64,000 bases of DNA from Ranitomeya imitator (GCF_032444005.1 NC_091287.1:275776001-275840000), one strand, 5' to 3'; shown: positions 12,433-25,137, counted from the stretch's first letter. The notes: generated by a model from the letters alone, not told the origin. Made by a program: numbers and translations.

Positions 12433-12595
12433 ATGGCGCTTTTCGCGTCATTGAAACGCGACTTTGGCGCGAAAGTCGCGTACCGCATGGCCGACCCCGC
12501 ACAGGGGTCGGATCGGGTTTCATGAAACCCGACTTTGCGAAAAGTCGGCGACTTTTGAAAATGAACGACCCGTTTCGCTCAACCCTAGTGACCAC

Positions 12596-12863
12596 TATAT
12601 GCTACCTGCTCCCTTAGAGAGCTGTGACCCTCTGTGAGGTTAGCAGGGCACAGCATAGTCCTTTATCCTGGCGACTCTGTGAAGCAACATTGATCGCTCG
12701 AATACAGACCAGGTGACGGAACCCGTGTCTGTTCAGGCGTAATACCACCATACAGTGCCACCATTTACTAGCAGCAGGTTCCACTCCTACACGGTGGACC
12801 CCGGGCTGCGAACACACCAATATTATCTCCTTATTTGCTCAGTGCATTCCACCAGCCCTAACA
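12596..12863 (+). mobile_element. 3' part of a Gypsy-type LTR (family B)
   Basis: Ends ...GGTGGACCCCGGGCTGCGAAC...CCAGCCCTAACA, similar to the end of the LTR at 28747-29654. Confidence 0.7.
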
Positions 12864-14896
12864 TCCACCACATTTCTTTTTAACAAAAAAGAAACCCTCC
12901 GCCACAAGTGACACAGAAGGTTGAATATACCCCTTGAGGAGAGTATTTGGAAATATATTCCCTTATTGCTTGGTGCTCAGGCCCAGACAAATTAAACAAA
13001 CGAGCCTTGGGTAATTTGGCTCCTGGGATTAAATCAATTCCATAATGAAAAGGTCTATGTGGTGGAAGCGCCTCTGCCTCGATTTCTGAAAATACATCTT
13101 TAAAGTCCTTCTGGTATTCCGGAATATCCTCCAGACCGACAGATAACACAGAAACAGATTTCACAGGAGTGGTAGTAGATACAACATTACAACACTGCCC
13201 AACACCAGACTTGCCAGTGAATTAATTTCTCAATGTGAGCAGGACCCACACTCAGTGAAGAAAAATCAGATATGAAACAAATTCCATCTTTGGTGAGAGG
13301 AGAGGAGTCAATAGCCTCCACCTTGACTGGAATCCCGAGCCTGACAGTCCCTATCTTATTAAGAGTCAAAACGCGAGAGTAAATTAGATTAATGTTAAAA
13401 ACACAGTCAACGAAAGCAATAGTCACCATGGGACCTCCAGAAAGATCCAACTCCACCTGGAGAAGGATTTTAGAAAGTGAGAATAAAAGTACCTGAGAGT
13501 CTGGGCAACCTCTTTAATCGTTGCCCAGACTTTTTCGTTTCACCAAAGTCTTCACCAAGGGGGAAGCAGAAGGACAGTTTATTTTCTAATGTCCAGAGGC
13601 TCCACAGGAAAAGCACAATTGGTTGTCTCTGCGATGTCTCCTCTCCCTCTCCTCTGAGATTGCACCAACCCCCATGAGTTCAGAATAGAATGCAGTATCC
13701 CTCAGACTGGAGAATAGAGGTGCCACCTGTTGCACCATATCTCAAGCATGGAGCCTTTGGTTCTTTCGAACTGCCTGAGTCATGGCGTCCTCCAAGGCAT
13801 CAGGGGGAGGATGAAGTGCCAGAGCATCCTCTAGATGATGAAAAAAACAACAACAAAAGGAGCCATGCAAATAGGGCGCACACCCAAAAGAATACAGGCT
13901 AAAAAGCAAAAAATGCAAAGATAATTTATTAAAGAAAGAGACAGATGCACAAACATAAAAACATATTAAAATACAACAACCACACTACTGGTCCCAAGAT
14001 ACTCATATACAAACGGCCCAAAAATAGATGATGTTAAACGACAACAGTAAAGACATGCCACAATTGGATTGTTACAGCATAGAAGTATATGTATAAATAT
14101 ATACACATACCATTCCCAAAACGGTGTATGGGAAAGACCTATAGTATGGAAAATAAGAACCTCCTAATTCTTATATAGGTAAGGTATAGCTCAATATTTC
14201 AAATAGCCAAAATATAACACTATCTACATATGTATGAGAGCATATATGAGCATAGAGAGTCTGGGCGTCCCCAGACAACCTTATAATAGATAAAATGCCC
14301 TAATGTAGAAAGAAAGGCTAATACCACCACTGGGGCCCCAATAAGCAAATAGGAGAACAATACCAATAAAGTAAGGTGTTAACCAGGTAAAAAGATGCGA
14401 GAGGCAGAATAGCCTGGTGGGAAAATAGAGCCACCCAGGCTTAGAGAAAGTGCCCACGAAGATGGAAGTGTGTGGCACAATAATAAATAAGATACAGGGG
14501 TTAAGGATAAATACCCAAAAAAGATCTTTCATTCCCAGACGCATCGGGATGTAACTCAAAAAAACAACTTGCACCCCTCTCGAAAAGCCTTAAACAATTT
14601 TTTCGTCCCCAGAAAAATTATAAGGCAACTTAATAGGTGGTTCAAGGGTTACCAGAGACACATCAGTGGGACCCTATACCCGAGCCCCTAATGGTACAGA
14701 GCCCTGTAGTGCATCTGACACATCTCTTTGCACTAGTTGATGTGACTGAGCCAGGGCATGCTGTTTTATAGAAAGCTTCTGCATTAAATGGGTGAGATCA
14801 CTTACTTGATCTGAAAGTGCACGTAAGGCATCCATCTTTCCCAGGGCCTCCCCCCACACCCAACCAAAGGGGGAAAAAAGGTAAGGTCAGATATGA
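12864..14896 (-). pseudogene. Decayed Gypsy gag-pro-RT of an older element
   Basis: Fragments MDALRALSDQVSDL (gag, ~14674-14859), AFVD protease-like (13187-13456) and DVFSE...LPPHRP...IDLIPGAKLPKARLFNLS (RT start, 12880-13164); an unassigned insert occupies ~13880-14590. Confidence 0.85.
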
Positions 14897-15842
14897 TGTC
14901 ACGATTCCTGCAGTAGGTCTTAAACAGAGGGTCAAACACAGGACACCTGAGTCTCAAAAGTGACGAGGAGAGCAGCGGTGAGCCGAGAACAGGACCTGCA
15001 ACATGTGACTCCAGGGGGAGTTGTTATGACCTGGTGGTAAGGACAATAATGGACCTGGTGGTTAAGAGTACACGGAATGACCTGATAGTTACTAATAATA
15101 GGACGAGCTCTGAGACGTGGGAACTCTGCTGACCGCAATCCCTAATCCTATCACACACACTAGAAATAGCCGTGGATTGCTCCTAACGCTCCCTATGCAA
15201 CTCGACACAGCCTAAGAAACTAGCTAGCCCTAGAGATAGAAAAATAAAGCCTACCTTGCCTCAGAGAAATTCCCCAAAGGAAAAGGCAGCCCCCCACATA
15301 TAATGACTGTGAGTAAAGATGAAAAATACAAACACAGAGATGAAATAGATTTAGCAAAGTGAGGCCCGACTTACTGAACAGACAGAGGATAGGAAAGGTA
15401 ACTTTGCGGTCAGCACAAAAAACTACAAAAAGACCACGCAGAGGGTGCAAAAAGACCCTCCGCACCGACTCACGGTGCGGAGGCGCTCCCTTTGCGTCCC
15501 AGAGCTTCCAGCAAGCAAGACAAAAATCAAAATAGCAAACTGGACAGAAAAATAGCAAACCAGAGAAAAACAAGCAGGAACTTAGCTTCTACTGGGAAGA
15601 CAGGTCACAAGAACGATCCAGGAGAGAACTAGACCAATACTGGAACATTGACAGGTGGCATGGAGCAATGATCTAAGTGGAGTTAAATAGAGCAGCCAGC
15701 TAACGAATTAACCTCGTCACCTGTGGAAGGAAACTCAGAAGCCGCAGCTCCACTCACAACCACCAGAGGAAGCCCATGGACAAAACCAACCGAAGTACCA
15801 TTCATGACCACAGGAGGGAGCTCGACAACAGAATTCACAACA

Positions 15843-16673
15843 GTACCCCCCCCCTTGAGGAGGGGTCACCAAACCCTCACCAGAGCCCCCAGGCCGATCA
15901 GGACGAGCCAAATGAAAGGCACGAACCAGATCGGCAGCATGAACATCGGAGGCAAAGACCCAGGAATTATCTTCCTGACCATAACCCTTCCACTTGACCA
16001 GGTACTGGAGTTTCCGTCTCGAAATACGAGAATCCAAAATCTTCTCCACCACATACTGCAACTCCCCCTCAACCAACACCGGGGCAGGAGGATCAACGGA
16101 TGGAACCACAGGCGCCATGTATCTCCGCAACAATGACCTATGGAATACATTATGGATGGCAAAAGAAGCTGGAAGGGTCAAACGAAACGACACAGGATTG
16201 AGAACCTCAGAAATCTTATACGGACCAATGAAGCGAGGCTTAAACTTAGGAGAGGAAACCTTCATAGGAACATAACGAGACAACAACCAAACCAAATCCC
16301 CAACACGAAGTTGGGGACCCACACAGCGCCGGCGGTTAGCGAAACGTTCAGCCTTCTCCTGGGACAATGTCAAATTGTCCACCACATGAGTCCAAATCTG
16401 CTGCAACCTATCCACCACAGTATCTACAGCAGGACAGTCCGAAGACTCAACCTGCCCTGAAGAGAAACGAGGATGGAAACCAGAATTGCAGAAAAACGGC
16501 GAAACCAAAGTAGCCGAGCTGGCCCGATTATTTAGGGCGAACTCAGCCAAAGGCAAAAAGGACACCCAATCATCCTGATCAGCAGAAACAAAGCATCTCA
16601 GATATGTTTCCAAAGTCTGATTAGTTCGTTCGGTTTGGCCATTTGTCTGAGGATGGAAAGCCGAGGAAAAAGA
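15843..16673 (-). pseudogene. Integrase C-terminus and chromodomain (continuation of pol after a TAG stop)
   Basis: ORF 15735-16613: GPY motif (PRFIGPYKI) and chromodomain YVVEKILDSR...QYLVKWKGYGQEDNSW. Confidence 0.93.
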
Positions 16674-18974
16674 CTAATCAATGCCCATCCTAGCACAAAA
16701 GGCTCGCCAAAACCTCGAAACAAACTGGGAACCTCTGTCCGAAACGATGTTCTCCGGAATGCCATGTAAACGAACCACATGCTGGAAAAACAATGGCACC
16801 AAATCAGAGGAGGAAGGCAATTTAGGCAAGGGTACCAAATGGACCATCTTAGAGAAGCGATCACAAACCACCCAAATGACCGACATCTTTTGAGAGACAG
16901 GGAGATCCGAAATAAAATCCATAGAGATATGCGTCCAGGGCCTCTTCGGGACTGGCAAGGGCAAAAGCAACCCAATGGCACGAGAACAGCAGGGCTTAGC
17001 CCGAGCACAAGTCTCGCAGGACTGCACAAAAGAACGCACATCCTGCGACAAAGACGGCCACCAAAAGGATCTAGCCACCAAATCTCTGGTACCAAAGATT
17101 CCAGGATGACCAGCCAACACCGAACAATGAACCTCAGAGATAACTCTACTAGTCCATTTATCAGGGACAAACAGTTTCTCTGCTGGGCAACAGTCAGGTC
17201 TATCAGCCTGAAATTTTTGCAGCACCCGCCGCAAATCAGGGGAGATGGCAGACAAAATTACCCCCTCTTTGAAAATACCCGCCGGCTCAGGAACACCCGG
17301 AGAGTCGGGCACAAAACTCCTTGACAGGGCATCAGCCTTCACATTCTTAGAGCCTGGAAGGTACGAAACCACAAAATCAAAACGGGAGAAAAATAGCGAC
17401 CAACGAGCCTGTCTAGGATTCAACCATTTGGCAGACTCGAGATAAGTCAAATTCTTGTGATCCGTCAAGACCACCACGCGATGCTTGGCTCCTTCAAGCC
17501 AATGACGCCACTCCTCGAATGCCCACTTCATGGCCAACAACTCCTGATTGCCAACATCATAATTGCGCTCAGCAGGCGAAAACTTTCTAGAAAAGAAGGC
17601 ACATGGTTTCATCACCGAGCCATCAGAACTTCTTTGCGACAAAACAGCCCCTGCTCCAATCTCAGAAGCATCAACCTCGACCTGAAACGGAAGTGAAACA
17701 TCTGGCTGGCACAACACAGGGGCAGAAGAAAAACGATGCTTCAACTCCTGAAAAGCTTCCACAGCCGCAGAAGACCAATTGACCACATCAGCACCCTTCT
17801 TGGTCAAATCAGTCAACGGTTTAGCAACACTAGAAAAATTACTGATGAAGCGACGATAAAAATTAGCAAAGCCCAGGAACTTTTGCAGACTCTTCACAGA
17901 TGTCGGCTGAGTCCAATCATAAATGGCCTGGACTTTAACAGGGTCCATCTCGATAGTAGAAGGGGAAAAAATGAAACCCAAAAATGAAACCTTCTGAACT
18001 CCAAAGAGACACTTTGACCCCTTCACAAACAAAGAATTCGCACGAAGGACCCGGAACACCATTCTGACCTGCCTCACTTGAAACTCCCAATCCTCCGAGA
18101 AGACCAAAATATCATCCAAATATACAATCAGGAATTTATCCAGGTACTCTCGGAAGATGTCATGCATAAAGGACTGAAATACTGATGGAGCATTGGAAAG
18201 CCCGAATGGCATAACCAGGTACTCAAAATGGCCCTCGGGCGTATTAAATGCTGTTTTCCATTCATCGCCCTGTTTAATACACACAAGATTATACGCACCA
18301 CGAAGATCTATCTTGGTGAACCAACTAGCCCCCTTAATCCGAGCAAATAAATCCGACAGCAGAGGCAAAGGGTACTGAAATTTGACTGTGATCTTATAAA
18401 GAAGGCGGTAATCAATACAAGGTCTCAAAGAACCATCCTTCTTGGCCACAAAAAAGAACCCTGCCCCCAATGGTGACGACGACGGGCTAATATGACCCTT
18501 CTCCAAGGATTCCTTTACATAACTCCGCATAGCGGTGTGCTCTGGCACAGATAAATTGAACTTTAGGCCCTTAGGAAACTTACTACCAGGAATCAAATTG
18601 ATAGCACAATCGCAATCCCTATGAGGAGGTAGGGCACTGGATTTGGGCTCATCAAATACATCCCGGTAATCCGACAAAAACTCCGGGACTTCAGAAGGGG
18701 TGGATGACGAAATAGACAAAAATGGAACATCACCATGTACCCCCTGACAACCCCAGCTGGACACAGACATAGATTTCCAATCCAATACTGGATTATGGAC
18801 CTGTAGCCATGGCAACCCCAAAACGACCACATCATGCAGATTATGCAACACCAAAAAGCGAATATCCTCCTGATGTGCAGGAGCCATGCACATGGTCAAT
18901 TGGGTCCAGTACTGAGGCTTATTCTTGGCCAAAGGCGTAGCATCAATTCCTCTCAATGGAATAGGATACTGCAA
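16674..18974 (-). pseudogene. pol: Gypsy pol (RT, RNase H, integrase N-terminus and core)
   Basis: RT LRPCIDYR, KIDLRGAY, MPFGLSNAP, VYLDDILV; RH EVDAS, ELLAMK, VLTDHKNL; IN HHCC region and ISMDFISDLP, SDRGSQF. Frameshift at the gag-pro junction and a premature TAG at 16674. Confidence 0.96.
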
Positions 18975-20014
18975 GGCTCCAAGAAAAAACCACAGCGCCT
19001 AGCAAACTCCAAGTCCATCAAATTCAGGGCAGCGCCTGAATCCACAAATGCCATAACAGAATAGGACGACAAAGAGCAAATCAGAGTAACGGACAAAAGC
19101 AATTTCGACTGTACCGTACCAATGGTAGCAGACCTAGCGAAACGCTTAGTGCGCTTAGGACAATCGGAGATAGCATGAGTGGAATCACCACAGTAAAAAC
19201 ACAGCCCATTCCGACGTCTGTGTTCTTGCCGTTCAGCTCTGGTCAAAGTCCTATCACATTGCATAGGCTCAGGTCTATGCTCAGATAATACCGCCAAATG
19301 GTGCAAAGCTTTACGCTCACACAAGCGTCGATCGATCTGAATGGCCAAAGACATAGACTCATTCAGACCAGCAGGCATGGGAAATCCCACCATGACATCC
19401 TTAAGGGCTTCAGAGAGACCCTTTCTGAAAATTGCTGCCAGGGCACATTCATTCCACTGAGTGAGTACAGACCACTTCCTAAACTTCTGACAATATATTT
19501 CTACCTCATCCTGACCCTGACACAGAGCCAGCAAGATTTTCTCTGCCTGATCCACTGAACTAGGTTCATCATAAAGCAATCCGAGCGCCAGAAAAAACGC
19601 ATCCACATCACGCAATGCCGGATCTCCTGGCGCAAGGGAAAATGCCCAGTCTTGAGGGTCGCCACGTAACAAAGAAATAATGATTTTCACTTGTTGAACA
19701 GGGTCACCTGAGGAGCGAGGTTTCAAAGCAAGAAACAATTTACAATTATTTTTGAAATTCAGAAACTTAGATCTATCCCCAAAAAACAAATCAGGAATTG
19801 GAATCCTAGGCTCTGACATCGGATTCTGAACCACAAAATCTTTGTTTTGTACACTTGCAGTGAGATTATCCATACAAGGGGACAGACCTTGAATGTCCAT
19901 ATCTACACCTGTATCCTGAACCACCCAGAGGTAAAGGGGAAAAGAGATACAAAACACTCTGCAAAGAAAAAAAAATGGTCTCAGAACTTCTCTTATCCCT
20001 CTATTGAGATGCAT
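18953..20014 (-). CDS. gag: Gypsy gag with CCHC knuckle and protease start
   Basis: PEG10/RTL1-like capsid (PDLFFGDRSKFLNF, LRGDPQDWA), CFYCGDSTHAISDC, protease AFVDSGA. Confidence 0.92.
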   Translation of the reverse strand: MHLNRGIREVLRPFFFLCRVFCISFPLYLWVVQDTGVDMDIQGLSPCMDNLTASVQNKDFVVQNPMSEPRIPIPDLFFGDRSKFLNFKNNCKLFLALKPRSSGDPVQQVKIIISLLRGDPQDWAFSLAPGDPALRDVDAFFLALGLLYDEPSSVDQAEKILLALCQGQDEVEIYCQKFRKWSVLTQWNECALAAIFRKGLSEALKDVMVGFPMPAGLNESMSLAIQIDRRLCERKALHHLAVLSEHRPEPMQCDRTLTRAERQEHRRRNGLCFYCGDSTHAISDCPKRTKRFARSATIGTVQSKLLLSVTLICSLSSYSVMAFVDSGAALNLMDLEFARRCGFFLEPCSILFH

Positions 20015-21380
20015 TAATACTTTGGGCCACCTGTACTGTTATGACCTGGTGGTAAGGACAATAATGGACCTGGTGGTTAAGAGCACACGGAATGACCTGA
20101 TAGTTACTAATAATATAGGACGAGCTCTGAGACGTGGGAACTCTGCTGACCGCAATCCCTAATCCTCTCACACACACTAGAAATAGCTGTGGATTGCTCC
20201 TAACGCTCCCTATGCAACTCGACACAGCCTAAGAAACTAGCTAGCCCTAGTGAGGCCCGACTTACTGAACAGACAGAAGATATGAAAGGTAACTTTGCGG
20301 TCAGCACAAAAAACTACAAAAAGACCACGCAGAGGGCGCAAAAAGACCCTCCGCACCGACTCACGGTGCGGAGGCGCTCCCTCTGCGTCCCAGAGCTTCC
20401 AGCAAGCAAGACAAAAATCAAAATAGCAAACTGGACAGAAAAATAGCAAACCAGAGAAAAACAAGCAGGAACTTAGCTTCTGCTGGGAAGACAGGTCACA
20501 AGAACGATCCAGGAGAGAACTAGACCAATGCTGGAACATTGACAGGTGGCATGGAGCAATGATCTAAGTGGAGTTAAATAGAGCAGCCAGCTAACAAATT
20601 AACCTCGTCACCTGTGGAAGGAAATTCAGAAGCCGCAGCTCCACTCACAACCACCGGAGGAAGCCCATGGACAGAACCAGCCGAAATACCATTCATGACC
20701 ACTGGAGGGAGCTCGACAACAGAATTCACAACAGGGAGTGTCGAAGCCTGAGACTATTGTTGGGTGATGGAGGAGACCGGTGAGGCCGGAGCATAGTGAA
20801 TGAGCTGTGGTCAAACCAGGAAGATGGATAGATACGGATGAGACGGGAGGCAAAGTCAAATACAAAGCTGAAGTCAGAAAGCCGGAGATAATGGTGAAGT
20901 ACAAGTGGGATAGACAGGTGTAGAGCCGGCGAGGTAAAGCCAGAAGGTCAGAATCAGAGGGGACGATAATACTGAATGAGAAGAGTAAGCACAATATCAG
21001 AAAATGGACCGGGTCAAGGCACAATAAGGCAAAACAGGCAAGCAGTATGCAAACATACCTGGGGGACAGATACACAGGCAGAATGAGCATATAAATGACG
21101 AGGAACTTAAGCCTGGTGTGGGTATATATGTCCCTCCCTGATCCAAAAGGAGGCCAAAAACAATTAACTGTGTGAGGATTGGAGAGAACCCAGACCACAA
21201 CCATGACAAATGAGCCCCATATATTGCTCCATACAGAATAATGAGCCCCATATATTGTTCCATGCAGAATAATGAGCCCCATATATTGCTCCATACAGAA
21301 TAATGAACCCCATATATTGCTCCATGCAGTATAATAGGCATCACATAGCAGTGCAAACAGAATAATGAGCCCCATATATA

Positions 21381-24340
21381 ATAATAATAAATAATAATAA
21401 TCTTTATTTATATAGCGCCAGCATATTCCGCAGCACTTTACAGTTTAACAGTTTGAAACACAACAGTCATAAGTAACAACGTTAACAATACAATAATTAA
21501 AGTGAAATAAGATGACCCTGCTCGTGAGAGCTTACAATCTACAATGAGGTGGGTGAGATACAAAGTACAGGAGTGTATTTACAATGATGTATTTACATTG
21601 ATGGTCCAGCCATCTTCAGGGGGTGTGGGATAGATAGAGATAGTGAATGGGCTACACACACAAACATAAAATGACTTTGATTAGTGAACTTGGTTGGCGG
21701 CTCTGAACAAGTGTGTTTTGAGCGAGCGCCTAAAACTATGCAAATTGTGGACGGGCCTAATATCTTGGGATAGAGCATTCCTGAGGATTGGCACACACGG
21801 GAGAAATCTTGGAGTCGGGAGTGGGAGGTACGGATTAGTGCAGAGGTTAGTCAAAAGTCATTTGCAGAGCGCAGCGGTCGGTTAGGCCGATAGACAGAAA
21901 TGAGGGAGGAGATGCAAGGGGGTGCCGCAATGTAGAGAGCTCTGTGTTGTGAATTCTGCTCTTGGGCTCCCTCCGGTGGTTATGAGTGGTAGTGCTGCGG
22001 TAGTTGGATCGCAGCATTTATCAGGTGTATCTATTTCTTGCAATTTGGGCTGGGCTATATAGCCTTGCTTGTTCCTTTAGTCAGTGCCAGTTGTCCATTG
22101 TTTTTGGAGGATTCACATCCCTTCTGGTCTCTCCTGTTCGCTGTGCTTTTCTTCAAAGATAAGTCCTGTCTTTGTTTTTGCTGTCCACCTGCTGTGGACC
22201 TTATAGTTCTGTGCATTTTTCATGTTTTGTCTTGTCCAGCTTTGTTGTGAAGGATTATTTGCAGCCTAGCTGTGTCTCTGGAGATGCAGATATACCCTCC
22301 ATGACTTTAGTCAGATGTGGTGTTTTGTATTCTCTGTGGTGGATATTTTCTAGTGCTTTAATACTGACCGCATAGTACTCTGTTCTATCCTTTCTTTTTA
22401 GCTAGTATGGCCTCCTATGCTAAATCCTGATTTCATGTCTGCGTATGTTATTTCCCTCTCCTCTCACAGTCAATATTTGTGGGGGGCTGTCTATCCTTTG
22501 GGGATTTCCTCTGAGGCAAGATAGGTTTCCTGTTTCTGTCTTTAGGGGTAGTTAATTCTTAGGCTGTGTCGAGGGGTCTAGGGAGTGTTAGGTACCCCCC
22601 ACGGCTACTTCTAGTTGCGCTGCTAAGTTCAGGGTTTGCGGTCAGTACAGGTGCCACCTTCTCCAGAGTACGTATCATGCTTCTCCAAGGCCACCAGATC
22701 ATAACAGTTTTGTGGGTGAGAACAAGTACTTTGAAATGTATTTTGTAGTGAATGGGCAGCTAGTGTAATGACTGGCGAAGAGCGAACGAGTCCGAGTAAC
22801 GATTAGCCAGATTGACGAGCTTGGCTGCTGCAATAAGAATGGACTGGGTAGGGGAAAGTCGAGTAAGGTGGAGGCCAATTAATGAAGCATTACAGTAGTC
22901 CAGGCGGGAGTGGATCAGGGTGACAGTGAGGGTTTTTGTAGTTTCCATGGTGAGAAAAGGGCGGATTCTAGAGATGTTCTTTAGGTGGAAGTGGCACAAG
23001 CGGGCAAGAGATTGTATATGGGAGGTGAAGGAGAAATCGGAGTCAAACATAACACACAGACAGCATGCCTGCTGCTGGGGTGTTATTATGGTGCCACCCA
23101 TGGAGAGGGAAATGTTAGATTTAGGGAGGTTAGTAGATGGTGGGAGCAGAAGAAGTTCAGTTTTGGAGAGGCTGAGTTTCAGATAGAAAGCGGACATGAT
23201 GTTGGAGACTGCAGACAGACAGTCAGTGGCGTTCTGTAGTACAGCGGGAGTAAGGTCAGGGGATGACGTGTATGGTTGTGTGTCATCAGCATAAAGATGG
23301 TACTAAAAGCCAAATCTGCTGATGGTCTGTCCAATTGGGGCTGTGTAGAGGGAGAAGAGAAGGGGGCCAAGGACTGAGCCCTGAGGTACCCCGACAGAGA
23401 GAGGAAGAGGAAATGAAGTGAAGCCAGAGAACAGAACACTGAAGGAGCGGTCAGAAAGATAGGAAGAGAACCAGGAGAGAGCAGTGTCCTAAATGCCTTG
23501 TGACTGGAGCCTAGAGAGTAGGAGAGGGTGGTCAACAGTGTCGAAAGCTGCAGAAAAGCCAAGAAGAATGAGCAGACAGTGGTCACTGTTTCGTTTTGCT
23601 GTCCAAAGGTCATTGGTCACTTTGATGAGTGCAGTTTCTGTCAAATGTAGGGGGCGGAAACCGGACTGTGAAGGGTCTAGGAGGGAGTGAGTGGAGAGGT
23701 AATGGGTAAGGCTGGAGTATATCAGGTACTCGAAGAGTTTAGAGATGAAGGGGAGATTGGAGACTGGTCTGTAGTTGTTTGTGCAGGATGGGTTGAGAGC
23801 GGGTTTCTTTAGTAATGGAGTAATGATACAGTGTTTGAAGGAGGAGGGGAAAATGTCACAGGAGAGGGAGATATTAAAGATTGTAGTTAGGTGAGTTGTG
23901 AAGACTGGAGAGAAACTGGAGGAGGTGTGAGGGAATGTAGTCAGACAAGAAGAGAGGAGAGACTTGTTCTGTGATGAGATCGAATATGGAGAGTGAGCCA
24001 GGGGAAATTCAGGGACGAAAGTCACTGAACTTGTTGATTGGGAGTGGATTTCCTGATGGATATTGTCTATTTTCTCTATTTAGTGGGAGGCCAGGTCATC
24101 AGCACAAATGTCTGTTATAGGGGCTTGTGCTTTTGGCCTGAGGAGGGAGTGAAAGGTGTTAAAAAGTTTTTCGGGGTTGTTGGATAGTGAGGAGATCAGG
24201 GTGGTGAAGTAGGTCTGTTTGGTGAGGTTAAGGGCAGAGTTATAGGTCCTTAGCATACATTTGAAGTGTATGAAGTCTTCTGGTGTGCGTGTTTTCCTCC
24301 ATAAGCGTTCAGCACAGAAATTGGGTTTGCGATGTGAGCA
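21381..24340 (-). mobile_element. 5'-truncated L2 LINE with frameshifted RT
   Basis: ORF pieces with [32 protein letters not shown]; 3' tail ...GCTGCGGAATATGCTGGCGCTATATAAATAAAG(ATT)n on minus. Confidence 0.92.
21945..22706 (+). mobile_element. Solo LTR related to the young chromovirus, inserted in the L2
   Basis: Starts TGTTGTGAATTCTG and ends CAGATCATAACA; flanks GCTCTG and GTTTTG. Confidence 0.88.
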
Positions 24341-24814
24341 GTATAATGAGCCCCATGTAATGCTACATACAGAATAACATGACCCATATATTGCTCCATA
24401 CAGTATTATGGGTACCACATAGTACTCTATACAGTATAAAGAGCCCCTTATATTGCTCCATACAGTACTATGGGTACCACAGAGTGGTACCCATAGTACA
24501 GTATGCATACAGTATACATATAGTATACATACTGTATACAATACAGTATACTGTATTCAATACAGTATACTATATACAATACAGTATATATACAGTATAC
24601 ATACTGTATAATTAGCCCCATATATTGCTGCATACAGTATTATGGGCACCACATGGTCCTCCATACAGTATAATGACCCTCATATATTGCTCCATACAGT
24701 ATTATGGGTACCACATAGTGCTCCATATAGTATAATGGGTACCACATAGTGTTCTATACAGTATAATGAGCCCCATTTATTGCTCCATACAGAATAATAA
24801 GCCCCATATATTGT

Positions 24815-25137
24815 TACTTATTATTATAGCACCATGTGAAGAGGGGTATACATAATAAAAACAAGTACAGTGCAATACAAGTCAGAATGGTACAGGAGGA
24901 GAGAGGATCCTGCCAGCGAGGGCTCACAATCTACAAGGGTTAGGTGAGAATACAATAGGCGAGGGTAGATCAGGTCGTGGCTTGGTCAATCGGTGGTTAC
25001 TGCAGGTTGCATTCTTATCGGAAGAGGTGGGTCTTCAGGTTATTTTTGAAGGTTTTGATGGTAGGCAAAAGTGTAATATGTTGTTTAGAGAGTTCCAGAG
25101 TAGGGGGATGCGTGGGAGAAATCTTGTATGCGATTGT
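24815..25137 (-). mobile_element. Second short L2 3' fragment within the 31-bp array
   Basis: GAGGGCTCACAATCTACAAG resembles GAGAGCTTACAATCTACAATG of the L2 at ~21530; ATT-rich tail remnant. Confidence 0.65.

Larger units (their letters stand above)
172..12587 (-). mobile_element. hAT DNA transposon, 12.4 kb, both ends present, transposase disrupted
   Basis: TIR TAGAGTTGAGCGA (172-184) vs reverse complement of the right end TAGGGTTGAGCGA (12575-12587); perfect 8-bp TSD GTGACCAC at 164-171 and 12588-12595; CCCGAC/GTCGGG subterminal motifs at both ends; internal BED-DDE transposase. Confidence 0.97.
15022..20733 (-). mobile_element. Ty3/Gypsy chromovirus (Tf1/sushi group) LTR retrotransposon, near complete
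   Basis: LTRs 15022-15842 and 20037-20733 (TGTTGTGAATT...GTCATAACA on minus); PPT G-run beside the 3' LTR; gag-pro-RT-RH-IN-chromodomain order; GGGAGT at 15016-15021 and 20734-20739; ~16 substitutions plus a ~126-bp indel between the LTRs (manual count). Confidence 0.97.
14897..21208 (-). mobile_element. 5' LTR of the older Gypsy (14897-15021 plus 20740-21208, ~590 bp), split by the younger element
   Basis: TGTCACG at 14897 and CCATGACA at 21208; adjacent to the gag start; the two halves rejoin at the GGGAGT duplication. Confidence 0.7.

Noticed and set aside
13880-14590. T-rich (minus strand) AATAAA-containing insert; similar-looking tracts at 26450-27120 and 36060-36500
   Set aside because: Probably retroelement 3' fragments, but no diagnostic motif or hammerhead core was found, so they were left unassigned.
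20626-21375. 249-aa hydrophobic ORF
   Set aside because: Chimeric read-through of minisatellite, old LTR and young LTR.
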